NCBI RefSeq assembly: GCF_000006765.1
Contig: NC_002516.2
Reading direction: 5' to 3' (one strand)
Length of the DNA: 64,000 bases
Origin: Pseudomonas aeruginosa PAO1
GTDB taxonomy: Bacteria; Pseudomonadota; Gammaproteobacteria; Pseudomonadales; Pseudomonadaceae
Part shown: positions 20,374-30,653 of the stretch, piece after piece
Layout of the letters: every line of letters starts with the position of its first letter
Position numbering within the stretch: the first letter of the stretch is position 1
Translations under genes and position numbers: made by a program
Notes under the pieces: generated by a model
The model's database searches: none
Told to the model about the DNA's origin: nothing
Seen by the model: only the letters and a program-made list of their open reading frames with translations

Positions 20374-21126
20374 ATGGATGTACTGCTCTTCGAATCCCTG
20401 GGCATCGGCGCCATTCTCGGCCTGCTGCTCGGCCTCACCGGCGCCGGCGGCTCGCTGGTCGCCCTGCCCCTGCTGCTCAGCCTGCACCTGCCGCTGCGCG
20501 ACGCCATCGGCGTGAGCCTCGGCGCGGTCGCCCTGTCGGCGCTGATTGGCGCCATTCCGCGCGCGCGCCAGGGCCAGGTGGCCTGGCGGCCGGTGCTGGT
20601 CCTGGCGCTGGCCGGCCTGCCGAGCAACGCCGTCGGCCAATGGCTCGGCCGCTTCGTCCCGGAAGGCGTGCTGATCGTCGCCTTCTGCCTGCTGGTGCTC
20701 TGGTCGGCCTGGCGCATGTGGCGCGGCGCCGGGATGAAACGCGAGGCCAGCGACCAGGCACGGAGCCTGCCGCTGCTCGGCATCGGCCTGGCGGTCGGCT
20801 TGCTGTCGGGATTGATGGGCGTGGGCGGCGGCTTCCTAGTGGTGCCGGGGCTACTCTGGTTCACCCCGCTGTCGATGATGGCCGCCACCGCCACCTCGAT
20901 GGCGGTGATCGCGCTGGTCTCCGGCGGCGGCTTCCTGATCTACCTGACCGGCGCCCACCCGCCGCTGCCGCTGCTCGGCGGCCTCGCCGCCGGCGGCGCG
21001 GTCGGCGTGCTCGGCGGCAACCTGCTGGCGCAGCGCCTCGGCGGCCCGACCCTGCAACGCCTGTTCGCGCTGATGCTGGTGGCGGTGAGCTTCTCCCTGG
21101 CGGCGCAGAAGCTCTACGGCGGGTAG
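20374..21126 (+). CDS. TauE/SafE (TSUP) sulfite exporter family
   Basis: Repeated GLTGAGG / GLMGVGGGFLVVP motifs; ATATS; multiple TM helices. Confidence 0.85.
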   Translation: MDVLLFESLGIGAILGLLLGLTGAGGSLVALPLLLSLHLPLRDAIGVSLGAVALSALIGAIPRARQGQVAWRPVLVLALAGLPSNAVGQWLGRFVPEGVLIVAFCLLVLWSAWRMWRGAGMKREASDQARSLPLLGIGLAVGLLSGLMGVGGGFLVVPGLLWFTPLSMMAATATSMAVIALVSGGGFLIYLTGAHPPLPLLGGLAAGGAVGVLGGNLLAQRLGGPTLQRLFALMLVAVSFSLAAQKLYGG

Positions 21127-21155
21127 CTTTCCTCGGCGGCCGGGGCACCGGGGAA

Positions 21156-21195
21156 GCGGCGTTATGCGCCCTACGCGAAGGTCACGCCATGGCGT
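21156..21195. repeat. Degenerate REP remnants
   Basis: GGCGTTATGCGCCCTAC and ACGCCATGGCGT cores. Confidence 0.55.
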
Positions 21196-21280
21196 ACAAC
21201 GCGCTTGTCCACCAGGCATCGGCAGGTTCGCCAGGTAAAGACCGCCGACGCGACTGTCTTTCGTAGCGAACCTGGCGCCC

Positions 21281-21754
21281 TCACTCTTCTTCGACGTCCT
21301 CTTCCGGCAAGCCGAACAGGTCGGCCGCGCGCAGCAGCGCGGCCAGCAGGCCGTGGCGCTCCCACTCGGGCAACGCGGCGAAGCGCTCGATCACGTACTC
21401 CGGCAATAGCGGCGGCGCCTCCGCCAGGGCTTCGTGGCCGGCCGGGTCGAGGTGCAGCCAGGACTTGCGCCGGTCCTGTTCGTCGCGCCGACGATAGAGC
21501 AGGCCGCGTCCTTCGAGGCGGTCGAGCACGCCGGAGAGCGATGCCTGGGACAGGCTGACCAGCTTGGCCAGTTGCGTCGCGGTCAGTTCTCCCTCCACCG
21601 CCAGGACATGCAGGATCAGCAATTGCAGCGGGGTCAGGCCACCGTATCGGCTGAGACGCTTGGAGTGGATTTCGGCGGCCTGCTGGAGACGGCGGATGGC
21701 GCGGAAAATAGCGAGCGAATAGGTATCGGCAGCGGTCTTATTACTTTCAACCAT
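21281..21754 (-). CDS. MarR-family regulator divergent from the NAGGN operon (PA3458-like)
   Basis: LTPLQLLIL, LAKLVSLSQASLSGVLDRLEGRGLLYRRRDEQDRR wHTH; true start MVESNK. Confidence 0.9.
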   Translation of the reverse strand: MVESNKTAADTYSLAIFRAIRRLQQAAEIHSKRLSRYGGLTPLQLLILHVLAVEGELTATQLAKLVSLSQASLSGVLDRLEGRGLLYRRRDEQDRRKSWLHLDPAGHEALAEAPPLLPEYVIERFAALPEWERHGLLAALLRAADLFGLPEEDVEEE

Positions 21755-21896
21755 AATAAATTCTTCGTTAAGGGTCCTGATAGGCCCGGAAAATTCGTAT
21801 AGAACTCCTTCCAACTGTAACGGTCCTCTGTTAGGTAAGTCATGTACCCGGAAGGGGTACGCAACCCACTTCCCCAACGGAGAACCGGTAAGGAAT

Positions 21897-23666
21897 ATGT
21901 GCGGCATATCAGGAGAGTTTCGTTTCGACAACCAGGCAGCCGACCTCGCAGCGGTCGAACGCATCACCCACCACCTGGCCCCTCGCGGCCCCGACGCCTG
22001 GGGCTTCCACGCCCAGGGTCCGATCGCCCTCGGACATCGACGGCTGAAGATCATGGACCTGGCGGAAGCTTCCGGCCAACCGATGATCGATCCCGATCTC
22101 GGCCTGGCCATGGTGTTCAATGGCGCCATCTACAACTACCCCGAACTGCGTGGCGAACTGGAAAGCCTTGGCTATCGGTTCTTCTCCGGCGGCGACACCG
22201 AAGTTCTCTTGAAGGGGTACCATGCCTGGGGCGCCGATTTATTGCCCCGGCTCAATGGGATGTTCGCCTTCGCCGTCTGGGAGCGCGATCGCCAGCGGCT
22301 GTTCCTGGCCCGTGACCGACTCGGCATCAAGCCGCTCTACTACAGCCTCGACCGCTCGCGCCTACGCTTCGCCTCGAGCCTGCCGGCCCTGCTCAAGGGC
22401 GGCGACATCGCCAGCGACCTCGATCCGCAGGCGCTGAATTTCTACCTCAACTTCCACGCCGTGGTTCCCGCCCCGCACACCTTGCTGGAGGGCGTGAAGA
22501 AGCTGCCGCCGGCGACCTGGATGAGCGTCGACCTCGACGGCAGCTGCGAGCAGCGCACCTGGTGGACGCTGGACTACGGCCCACGCCCGGACGAGCGCGA
22601 GCTGACGCTCGACGACTGGCAGGAGCGCGTCCTCGACGGCCTCCGCGAAGCGGTGGCGATCCGCCAGCGCGCCGCCCGCGAGGTCGGCGTGCTGCTCTCC
22701 GGCGGGGTCGATTCGAGCCTGCTGGTGGGCCTGCTGCACGAAGCCGGGGTGGACAACCTGCTGACCTTCTCCATCGGCTTCGAGGATGCCGGCGGCGAGC
22801 GCGGCGACGAGTTCCAGTATTCCGACCTGATCGCCGAGCGCTATCACACCCGCCACCATCGCCTGCGCATCGGCGAGCACGAAGTGATCGAGCAGTTGCC
22901 GGCGGCCTTCCGCGCCATGAGCGAGCCGATGGTCAGCCACGACTGCATCGCCTTCTACTTGCTCGCGCGGGAAGTCTCGAAGCACTGCAAGGTGGTGCAG
23001 AGCGGCCAGGGCGCCGACGAGCTGTTCGCCGGCTACCACTGGTATCCGAAGGTGGATGGCGCCGACGACGCCTTCGCCGCGTACCGCGCGGCGTTCTTCG
23101 ACCGCGACCACGAGGAATACCTGGCCACCGTCGGCGAGCGCTTCCGCGTCGAGGACGTCGCCGGGCGCTTCGTCCGCGACCACTTCGCCAGCCCCGGCGC
23201 CGAGGCCGCGGTGGACAAGGCGCTGCGCCTGGATAGCACGATCATGCTGGTCGACGACCCGGTCAAGCGGGTCGACAACATGACCATGGCCTGGGGCCTG
23301 GAAGCCCGCGTGCCGTTCCTCGACTACCGCCTGGCCGAGCTGTCGGCGCGCATTCCCGCCCGCTTCAAGCTCGGCGACGGCGGCAAGCAGGTGCTCAAGG
23401 GTGCCGCGCGCAAGGTGATTCCCAGCGAAGTCATCGACCGGCCCAAGGGCTACTTCCCGGTGCCCGGCCTCAAGCACTTGCAGGGCCGCACCCGCGAATG
23501 GGTACGCGAACTGCTGCTCGACCCGAGCCAGGACCGCGGCCTGTTCCAGCCGGCGATATTCGATCGCCTGCTGAGCGATCCGGACGGCGACCTCACACCG
23601 CTGCGCGGCTCCAAGCTGTGGCAGCTGGCCGCCCTCAACCTCTGGCTCAGCGAACAGGGACTTTGA
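21897..23666 (+). CDS. asnO: N-acetylglutaminylglutamine amidotransferase (Ntn, AsnB-like)
   Basis: N-terminal Cys (MCGISG), GHRRL, FNGAIYNY, SGGVDSS, SGQGADE. Confidence 0.88.
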   Translation: MCGISGEFRFDNQAADLAAVERITHHLAPRGPDAWGFHAQGPIALGHRRLKIMDLAEASGQPMIDPDLGLAMVFNGAIYNYPELRGELESLGYRFFSGGDTEVLLKGYHAWGADLLPRLNGMFAFAVWERDRQRLFLARDRLGIKPLYYSLDRSRLRFASSLPALLKGGDIASDLDPQALNFYLNFHAVVPAPHTLLEGVKKLPPATWMSVDLDGSCEQRTWWTLDYGPRPDERELTLDDWQERVLDGLREAVAIRQRAAREVGVLLSGGVDSSLLVGLLHEAGVDNLLTFSIGFEDAGGERGDEFQYSDLIAERYHTRHHRLRIGEHEVIEQLPAAFRAMSEPMVSHDCIAFYLLAREVSKHCKVVQSGQGADELFAGYHWYPKVDGADDAFAAYRAAFFDRDHEEYLATVGERFRVEDVAGRFVRDHFASPGAEAAVDKALRLDSTIMLVDDPVKRVDNMTMAWGLEARVPFLDYRLAELSARIPARFKLGDGGKQVLKGAARKVIPSEVIDRPKGYFPVPGLKHLQGRTREWVRELLLDPSQDRGLFQPAIFDRLLSDPDGDLTPLRGSKLWQLAALNLWLSEQGL

Positions 23667-23706
23667 AAATGGGCCCCCAACGCAGGGGCCCGAACCAGGA
23701 GCGATC

Positions 23707-25464
23707 ATGAAAGGCCACTTGCATCTGCCTCACCCGCACAACCAGCGCCTGCAACGTATCCAGGCGCCCACCTACGAACGCCTCCAGGCGCGTCTCGCCG
23801 AAGATCACAGCGAGCCCACCGAGAAACCGCTGAGCATCCACTGCGGCTGGGGCCGCCTGCTGATCGGGCAGACCTACCCGGACGCCGAGGAATTGGCCCG
23901 CGACCTGTTGCAGGAAGCCCCCGGCGAACGCGACATCGCGCTCTACGTGGCGGCGCCGCAGCAGGTCCTGGCCCACGCCCCGCAGCAGCTCTTCCTCGAT
24001 CCCTCGGATACCCTGCGCCTGTGGTTCACCGACTACCGCCCGGCGCGCCGTCCGCCACGCGGTTTCCGCATCCGCCGGGTGCATACCGAGGAGGACTGGG
24101 CGGCGATCAACCGCCTGTACCTGGCGCGCGGCATGCTTCCGGTGCAGACCGAGCGCCTCAGCCCGCGACACCAGGGCGGGCCGATCTACTGGCTGGCCGA
24201 GGACGCCGACACTGGCGTCGCGGTAGGCACGGTGATGGGCCTCAACCACGCCAAGGCGTTCCAGGATCCGGAGGGCGGCTCCAGCCTCTGGTGCCTGGCG
24301 GTGGACCCGCAATGCAGCCGGCCGGGCGTCGGCGAGGCGCTGGTACGGCACCTGGTCGAGCACTTCATGAGCCGCGAACTGGCTTACCTCGACCTCTCGG
24401 TGCTGCACAACAACCAGCAGGCCAAGGCGCTCTACCGCAAGCTCGGCTTCCGCGAACTGGCGACCTTCACCATCAAGCGCAAGAACGGCATCAACCAGTC
24501 GCTGTTCCTCGGCCCCGGCCCGGAGGAAGACCTCAACCCCTACGCCCGGATCATCGTCGACGAAGCCCACCGGCGCGGCATCGAGGTGCGCGTCGACGAC
24601 GCCGAGGGCGGCCTGTTCACCCTGACCCAGGGCGGCCGGCAGATCCGCTGCCGTGAATCGCTCTCCGACCTGACCACGGCGGTGAGCATGACCCTCTGCC
24701 AGGACAAGGTCCTCACCCACCGCGCCCTGCAGCACGCCGGCCTGCGCCAGCCACAGCAGCGCCTGGCCGGCAGCGCGGAGGAAAACGCCGCGTTCCTCGC
24801 CGAGCACGGTTCGCTGGTGGTCAAGCCGGTGGACGGCGAGCAGGGCCAGGGCGTGGCGGTGGACCTGCGCACCGCGGAAGAGGTCGAGGAGGCCATCGAG
24901 GCCGCCCGCCATTTCGATTCGCGCGTGCTGCTGGAGAGCTACCACGCCGGCCACGACCTGCGCGTGCTGGTGATTGGCTACGAGGTGGTGGCCGCCGCCA
25001 TCCGTCGTCCCGCCGCGGTGATCGGCGACGGCCGGCACAGCATCCGCGAGCTGATCGAGGCGCAGAGCCGCCGGCGCCAGGCCGCCACCGGCGGGGAAAG
25101 CCGCATCCCGCTCGACCACGAGACCGAGCGCACCCTGCGGGCCGCCGGCTATGGCTACGACGACGTGTTGCCCAGCGGCGAACACCTGGCCGTGCGGCGC
25201 ACCGCCAACCTGCACACCGGCGGCATCCTCGAGGACGTCACCGACGCCCTCCATCCGGCCCTCCGCGAGGCCGCGATCCAGGCCGCGCGGGCCCTGGAAA
25301 TACCGGTGGTGGGCCTAGACTTCCTGGTCGAGGCCGCCGACCAGCCCGACTACGTGATCATCGAAGCCAACGAGCGCGCCGGCCTGGCCAACCACGAGCC
25401 GCAGCCGACCGCCGAACGCTTCGTCGATCTTCTCTTCCCCCTCAGCCGCGAGGTGCCTTCATGA
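23707..25464 (+). CDS. ngg: N-acetylglutaminylglutamine synthetase (GNAT + ATP-grasp fusion)
   Basis: GNAT (LAVDPQCSRPGVG, NQQAKALY) followed by ATP-grasp (VVKPVDGEQGQGV, GLDF, IIEANERAG). Confidence 0.88.
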   Translation: MKGHLHLPHPHNQRLQRIQAPTYERLQARLAEDHSEPTEKPLSIHCGWGRLLIGQTYPDAEELARDLLQEAPGERDIALYVAAPQQVLAHAPQQLFLDPSDTLRLWFTDYRPARRPPRGFRIRRVHTEEDWAAINRLYLARGMLPVQTERLSPRHQGGPIYWLAEDADTGVAVGTVMGLNHAKAFQDPEGGSSLWCLAVDPQCSRPGVGEALVRHLVEHFMSRELAYLDLSVLHNNQQAKALYRKLGFRELATFTIKRKNGINQSLFLGPGPEEDLNPYARIIVDEAHRRGIEVRVDDAEGGLFTLTQGGRQIRCRESLSDLTTAVSMTLCQDKVLTHRALQHAGLRQPQQRLAGSAEENAAFLAEHGSLVVKPVDGEQGQGVAVDLRTAEEVEEAIEAARHFDSRVLLESYHAGHDLRVLVIGYEVVAAAIRRPAAVIGDGRHSIRELIEAQSRRRQAATGGESRIPLDHETERTLRAAGYGYDDVLPSGEHLAVRRTANLHTGGILEDVTDALHPALREAAIQAARALEIPVVGLDFLVEAADQPDYVIIEANERAGLANHEPQPTAERFVDLLFPLSREVPS

Positions 25465-26657
25465 CCCCTCTGCCACAACCGGACCTCAACTACCTGCAAC
25501 GGGTGCTGCTGGAGATGCTCGCCATCCCCAGCCCCACCGGCTTCACCGATACCATCGTGCGCTATGTCGCCGAGCAGCTCGACGAACTTGGCGTGCCCTT
25601 CGAGATGACTCGCCGGGGAACCATCCGCGCGACCCTCCAGGGCCGCCTGAATACCCCGGACCGGGCGGTTTCCGCGCACCTCGACACGATCGGCGCGCTG
25701 GTCCGCGAGATCAAGCCCAACGGCCGCCTCGGCCTGGCCCCGGTAGGCTGCTGGTCGAGCCGTTTCGCCGAGGGTAGCCGGGTCACGGTGTTCACCGAAC
25801 AGGGCGTGTTCCGTGGCAGCGTGCTGCCGCTGCTGGCCTCGGGCCACGCCTTCAATACCGAGGTGGACAACCTGAAGATCAGCTGGGACAACATCGAGCT
25901 GCGTCTCGACGCCTATACCGCCAGCCGCGCCGACAGCGAGAGCCTGGGCATCTCGGTGGGCGACTACGTGGCCTTCGATCCGCTGCCGGAGTTCACCGAG
26001 AGCGGCCATATCAGCGCCCGCCACCTGGACGACAAGGCCGGGGTCGCGGCGCTGCTGGCGGCGCTGAAGGCGGTCAAGGAAAGCGGCCAGGAGCCGCCGA
26101 TCGACTGCCACCCGCTATTCACCATCACCGAGGAAGTCGGTTCCGGCGCCGCCGGCGCCCTACCCTGGGACGTCAGCGAGTTCGTCGGCATCGACATCGC
26201 CCCGGTGGCCGAAGGCCAGAATTCCAACGAGCACAGCGTCAGCGTGGCCATGCAGGACTCCGGCGGGCCCTACGACTTCCATCTGTCGCGGCACCTGCTG
26301 CGGCTCGGCGAGCGCCACGACATCGCCCTGCGCCGCGACCTGTTCCGCTACTACCACAGCGACGCGCAGTCGGCGATCGCCGCCGGCCACGACACCCGCG
26401 CCGCGCTGCTGGCGTTCGGCTGCGACGCCACCCACGGCTACGAGCGCACGCACATCGACAGCCTCGCCGCGCTGAGCCGCCTGCTTACCGCCTACATCCT
26501 CAGCCCGCCGGTCTTCGCCAGCGACGCCAAGCCCCGGGAAACCTCGCTGGAACGCTTCAACAAGCAGCTCGAGCATCCGGTGCACATGGAAAGCTGCACC
26601 CACGTCCCGCCGGTGGACGAAGTGCTCGACAGCAGCAACAACAGCGACAAGGGCTGA
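25461..26657 (+). CDS. M42-family peptidase of the NAGGN system
   Basis: PSPTG, AHLD, RHLDDKAG, TEEVG, THGYER; 4-bp overlap with ngg. Confidence 0.88.
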   Translation: MTPLPQPDLNYLQRVLLEMLAIPSPTGFTDTIVRYVAEQLDELGVPFEMTRRGTIRATLQGRLNTPDRAVSAHLDTIGALVREIKPNGRLGLAPVGCWSSRFAEGSRVTVFTEQGVFRGSVLPLLASGHAFNTEVDNLKISWDNIELRLDAYTASRADSESLGISVGDYVAFDPLPEFTESGHISARHLDDKAGVAALLAALKAVKESGQEPPIDCHPLFTITEEVGSGAAGALPWDVSEFVGIDIAPVAEGQNSNEHSVSVAMQDSGGPYDFHLSRHLLRLGERHDIALRRDLFRYYHSDAQSAIAAGHDTRAALLAFGCDATHGYERTHIDSLAALSRLLTAYILSPPVFASDAKPRETSLERFNKQLEHPVHMESCTHVPPVDEVLDSSNNSDKG

Positions 26658-26794
26658 GCCCGCGCCGGCCTCCCCGCCCCCCGGGGAGGCCGCCCTCCTC
26701 TCCAGCCAACTGCTAGGCTGATGGCAGGTTCCCTCGCCTGTCTCATTTCCTCCGTAGCATCATGCGTGCCGACTCGTGTCCATGGAGTAGTTGC

Positions 26795-29554
26795 ATGTCC
26801 CGACTCTGCCTGGTCCTGCTGTTGCTCTGCTGCGCGCTGCCGGCCCGGGCGCAGCCGCCCGCGCCGCTGGACGGAGAGGACCTGCGCCTGTCCCTGGGCG
26901 CATACGCCGAGTACTACCGCGACGCCGGCGGCAAGGCGCGCCTGGGCGACATCCTCGCCTTGCCGGCCCAGGCCTTCGCCGCCCTGCGCGGCGACCACGC
27001 GAACTTCGGCAAGAACGCCGCGGCCTGGTGGTTCAGGGTGCGCCTGGACAACCGCAACGGCGCCGACCTGGCCGGTTTCCTGGAGGTCAACTACCCGCTG
27101 CTGGACGACCTCAAGGTCTACCTGCTGACCGCCGATGGGCGCATCGAACAGCAGGAGAGCGGCGACCTGTTCGCCTTCTCCCAGCGCCCGGTGCAGGTGC
27201 GCAACTTCTGGTTTCCGCTGCGACTGCCGCCCGGCGAGAGCACCCTGCTGCTGCGCGTGCAGAGCACCAGCACCGTCTACCTGCCGCTGTACTTCAGCAC
27301 CTACGCGGCCAGCGCGGCCAGCCAGGAAACCCTGATGGGCTTCAACGGGGCCTTCTACGGGGTGCTGTTCGGGTTGTTCTGCTACAACCTGTTCCTCTTC
27401 GTCTCGCTGCGCGAGGCCACCTACGCCTGGTACCTGCTGTACAACCTCAGCCTCGGCCTGTTTTCCGCCAGCTTCGACGGCCTGCTGTTCAAGCTGCTGC
27501 CCGGACACGTGGCGCTGGAGTCGGCCGGCATCTACCTGCTGATGTACCTGAGCTGCCTGGTGTCGATCCAGTTCAGCCGCGGCTACCTCTACACCCGCCG
27601 CGACTTCCCGCGCCTCGACCGCTTCCTCCGCGGCCTGCTGCTGGCCTGCGTGGTCCTGTTGGCCAGCGAGCCGCTGGTGGGGCTGCGCGCCTGGAACGTC
27701 CTCGCCAGCCTGACGGTGATGCTGGTCTCCCTCAGCCTGCTGCTGGCCGGCGTCCACGTCTGGCGCCAGGGCCTGCGCTACGGCCTCTACTACATCCTGG
27801 CCTGGGGCGCGCTGCTGCTGTCGTTCCTGGTCACCACCGCCGCCTCGCTGGGCTTCGAACTGTTCGGCCTGTTCGGCAGCAGCGTGGTCAAGATCGGCAT
27901 GACCGTGGAACTGGTGACCCTGTCCATCGGCCTCGCCGACCGCATCAATGCGCTCAAGGAGGAAGGCTTCCGCTCGCGCCAGGCGGCCGAGCAGGCGCGG
28001 GTGGAGAACGAGGCGAAGAGCCGCTTCCTGGCGAAGATGAGCCATGAGATTCGCACCCCGCTGAACGGCGTGCTGGGCATGCTGCAACTGCTCCGCGACA
28101 CCCCGCTGGACCGCGGCCAGGCGGCCTACGTGGAGACCATCGCCAGCTCCGGCAGCGCGCTGATGTCGGTGATCAACGATATCCTCGACTACGCTCGCAT
28201 CGAGTCCGGCAAGCTGCACCTGGAGCGCATCGACTTCGACCTGGAGGAACTGCTCTCCGACACCCTGGCGCTGTTCAGCGCCCAGGCCGTGGAAAAACGC
28301 CTGCACCTGCATCTCGGCCTGGACAGGGGCGTGCCGCGCCGCCTCAACGGCGACCCGACGCGGTTGCGCCAGGTACTGATGAACCTGCTCAGCAACGCCC
28401 TCAAGTTCACCGCCGAAGGCCATGTCGCCGTGCGCGTGCAGCGGCGCTTCGACGAGGGCGGACGCGAGCGCCTGCTGTACAGCGTCAGCGACAGCGGCAT
28501 CGGGATATCCGCCCAGGCGCAGAAGACCCTGTTCGAATCCTTCTCCCAGGCCGACTCCAGCACCACCCGCCGCTACGGCGGCAGCGGCCTTGGCCTGGCG
28601 ATCAGCCGCGAGCTGGTGCAGATGATGGGCGGGCGCATCGAGGTGAGCAGCGAGCCGGGCAAGGGCACCCGGTTCAGCGTCGACCTGCCGCTCAGCCCCG
28701 CCCTCGACGCCGGCGAAGCGGACGAACTGGCGCAACTGCTGCAACACCGCCCGGCCCTGCTGGCCAGCGAGGACAACCTGACCCTGGACTGCCTGCAGGC
28801 ATTGCTGGAGCGTTGGGGGCTGCGGGTCGAACGCTGCCTGCAGCCGAGACGGCTGAACGCCTACCTGGAGGACTTCAGCGCACCGCCCCTGCTGGTCCTG
28901 GCGGCGCCCTGGCCGGGACCGCCGTCGATCTGGCTGGACACCCTCTATGCGCAACTGGAGCAAGGCCAGCGCATCCTCCTGCTATGCCCGCCGCAGCACT
29001 GCCAGGACCTGCCGCCGCACGAAGGCCTGCGCCTGCTGGCCCTGGCCCAGCCGGTGGCGGTGAAGGCCCTGCGCGAAGCCCTGCTGGAACTGTACCGGGA
29101 GCGGCGCCGACAGCCAGGGCGGAGCAGCGAGGCGGCCCCGGACGAACGCCCCCCGGACGCCCCATGCATCCTGGTCGCCGAGGACAACCCGGTGAACCAG
29201 CTGGTGGTGCGCGGCTTCCTCGCCAAGCGCGGCTACGCGGTGCGCCTGGCCGGCAACGGACGGCTCGCGCTGGACGAGTACCTGCGCGATCCGAACGGCA
29301 TCCAGTTGATCCTGATGGATGGCGAGATGCCGGAAATGGACGGCTTCGAGGCGACCCGCCTGATCCGCCGGGAGGAGCGTGCCCAGGGCTGGCCGCGCGT
29401 ACCGATCGTTGCCCTGACCGCGCACATCCTCGACGAACACCGCCGGGCCGGAATCGAGGCCGGCATGGACGCCTACCTCGGCAAGCCGGTGGACCGGGCG
29501 GAACTCTATGCCACCCTCGAACGCCTGCTCGGCCAGCCTTCGCGACAGGCATGA
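26795..29554 (+). CDS. 7TM-DISM hybrid sensor kinase (LadS/RetS-like architecture)
   Basis: Signal peptide, DISM2 ectodomain, 7 [13 protein letters not shown] boxes, degenerate REC, intact REC (LILMDGEMP); GGAG SD before ATG 26795. Confidence 0.9.
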   Translation: MSRLCLVLLLLCCALPARAQPPAPLDGEDLRLSLGAYAEYYRDAGGKARLGDILALPAQAFAALRGDHANFGKNAAAWWFRVRLDNRNGADLAGFLEVNYPLLDDLKVYLLTADGRIEQQESGDLFAFSQRPVQVRNFWFPLRLPPGESTLLLRVQSTSTVYLPLYFSTYAASAASQETLMGFNGAFYGVLFGLFCYNLFLFVSLREATYAWYLLYNLSLGLFSASFDGLLFKLLPGHVALESAGIYLLMYLSCLVSIQFSRGYLYTRRDFPRLDRFLRGLLLACVVLLASEPLVGLRAWNVLASLTVMLVSLSLLLAGVHVWRQGLRYGLYYILAWGALLLSFLVTTAASLGFELFGLFGSSVVKIGMTVELVTLSIGLADRINALKEEGFRSRQAAEQARVENEAKSRFLAKMSHEIRTPLNGVLGMLQLLRDTPLDRGQAAYVETIASSGSALMSVINDILDYARIESGKLHLERIDFDLEELLSDTLALFSAQAVEKRLHLHLGLDRGVPRRLNGDPTRLRQVLMNLLSNALKFTAEGHVAVRVQRRFDEGGRERLLYSVSDSGIGISAQAQKTLFESFSQADSSTTRRYGGSGLGLAISRELVQMMGGRIEVSSEPGKGTRFSVDLPLSPALDAGEADELAQLLQHRPALLASEDNLTLDCLQALLERWGLRVERCLQPRRLNAYLEDFSAPPLLVLAAPWPGPPSIWLDTLYAQLEQGQRILLLCPPQHCQDLPPHEGLRLLALAQPVAVKALREALLELYRERRRQPGRSSEAAPDERPPDAPCILVAEDNPVNQLVVRGFLAKRGYAVRLAGNGRLALDEYLRDPNGIQLILMDGEMPEMDGFEATRLIRREERAQGWPRVPIVALTAHILDEHRRAGIEAGMDAYLGKPVDRAELYATLERLLGQPSRQA

Positions 29555-29605
29555 CAGTGCGCGATGCGTCGCGCTAGCATTCGCCGCCATACCGGAGTAC
29601 CGCCA

Positions 29606-29836
29606 ATGCTGATCCCCCACGACCTGCTCGAAGCCGACACCCTGAACAACCTGCTGGAAGACTTCGTCACCCGCGAAGGCACCGACAATGGCGACGAGAC
29701 CCCGCTGGACGTGCGTGTAGAACGCGCCCGGCATGCCTTGCGGCGGGGCGAGGCGGTGATCCTGTTCGACCCGGAGAGCCAGCAGTGCCAGTTGATGTTG
29801 CGCAGCGAGGTGCCTGCGGAGCTGTTGCGCGACTGA
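29606..29836 (+). CDS. yheU: YheU/UPF0270 protein
   Basis: MLIPHDLLEADTLNNLLEDFVTREGTD; GGAG SD. Confidence 0.88.
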   Translation: MLIPHDLLEADTLNNLLEDFVTREGTDNGDETPLDVRVERARHALRRGEAVILFDPESQQCQLMLRSEVPAELLRD

Positions 29837-29872
29837 GTCTCGGCATCGCCCCGCCTGGCGGGGCGGGTTCGC

Positions 29873-30645
29873 CGCCCTGCACACCCCGGAAACGCCGGAC
29901 TGCGCCCCCGCTCCGCAGGGCGAATAACCGCTCGCGGTCATCCGCCGCTCATCCGCGACATCGGCGGATAACGCCCATGGCGTTATTCGCCCTACACACC
30001 CCGAAAAAGCCGGACTGCGCCCCAGCTCCGTAGGGCGAATAACCGCTCGCGGTTATCCGCCACTCATCCGCGACATCGGCGGATAACGCCCATGGCGTTA
30101 TTCGCCCTACACACCCCGGAAACGCCGGACAGCGTCCCCGCTCCGTAGGGCGAATAACCGCTCGCGGTCATCCGCCGCTCATCCGCGACATCGGCGGATA
30201 ACGCCCATGGCGTTATTCGCCCTACACACCCCGAAAAAGCCGGACTGCGCCCCAGCTCCGTAGGGCGAATAACCGCTCGCGGTCATCCGCCGCTCATCCG
30301 CGACATCGGCGGATAACGCCCGTGGCGTTATTCGCCCTACACACCCCGAAAAAGCCGGACTGCGCCCCAGCTCCGTAGGGCGAATAACCGCTCGCGGTCA
30401 TCCGCCGCTCATCCGCGACATCGGCGGATAACGCCCGTGGCGTTATTCGTCCTACACGCCCCGGAAACGCCGGACTGCGCCCCCGCTCCGTAGGGCGAAT
30501 AACCGCTCGCGGTCATCCGCCGCTCATCCGCGACATCGGCGGATAACGCCCATGGCGTTATCCGCCCTGCACACCCCGGAAACGCCGGACAGCGCCCCCG
30601 CTCCGTAGGGCGAATAACCGCTCGCGGTTATCCGCCGCTTATCCG
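29873..30645. repeat. 115-bp tandem repeat (about 6.7 units) of inverted REP pairs; probably MLVA locus ms142
   Basis: GGGCGAATAACCGCTCGCGG recurs at 29918, 30033, 30148, 30263, 30378, 30493, 30608 (exact 115-bp period). The ms142 name is from memory of its unit size and position. Confidence 0.95.
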
Positions 30646-30653
30646 CCGCCCCC

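Noticed and set aside
21789-21831. AlgU promoter for the NAGGN operon
   Set aside because: GAACTC to TCTGT spacing is 19 bp, outside the 16-17 bp consensus, so it cannot be called from sequence.
21755-22129. N-terminal extension of the MarR ORF, and similar extensions on folE, ssuB, rarD, tse3, mscS, pap
   Set aside because: Extensions overlap neighbouring genes or promoters; downstream ATGs give family-typical lengths, most with an SD.
29785-30033. 82-aa ORF running into the repeat
   Set aside because: Overlaps yheU and reads through REP palindromes; no SD or protein motif.
29873-30645. CRISPR array
   Set aside because: Sequences between the repeats are near-identical rather than unique spacers, the unit is made of REPs, and there are no cas genes.
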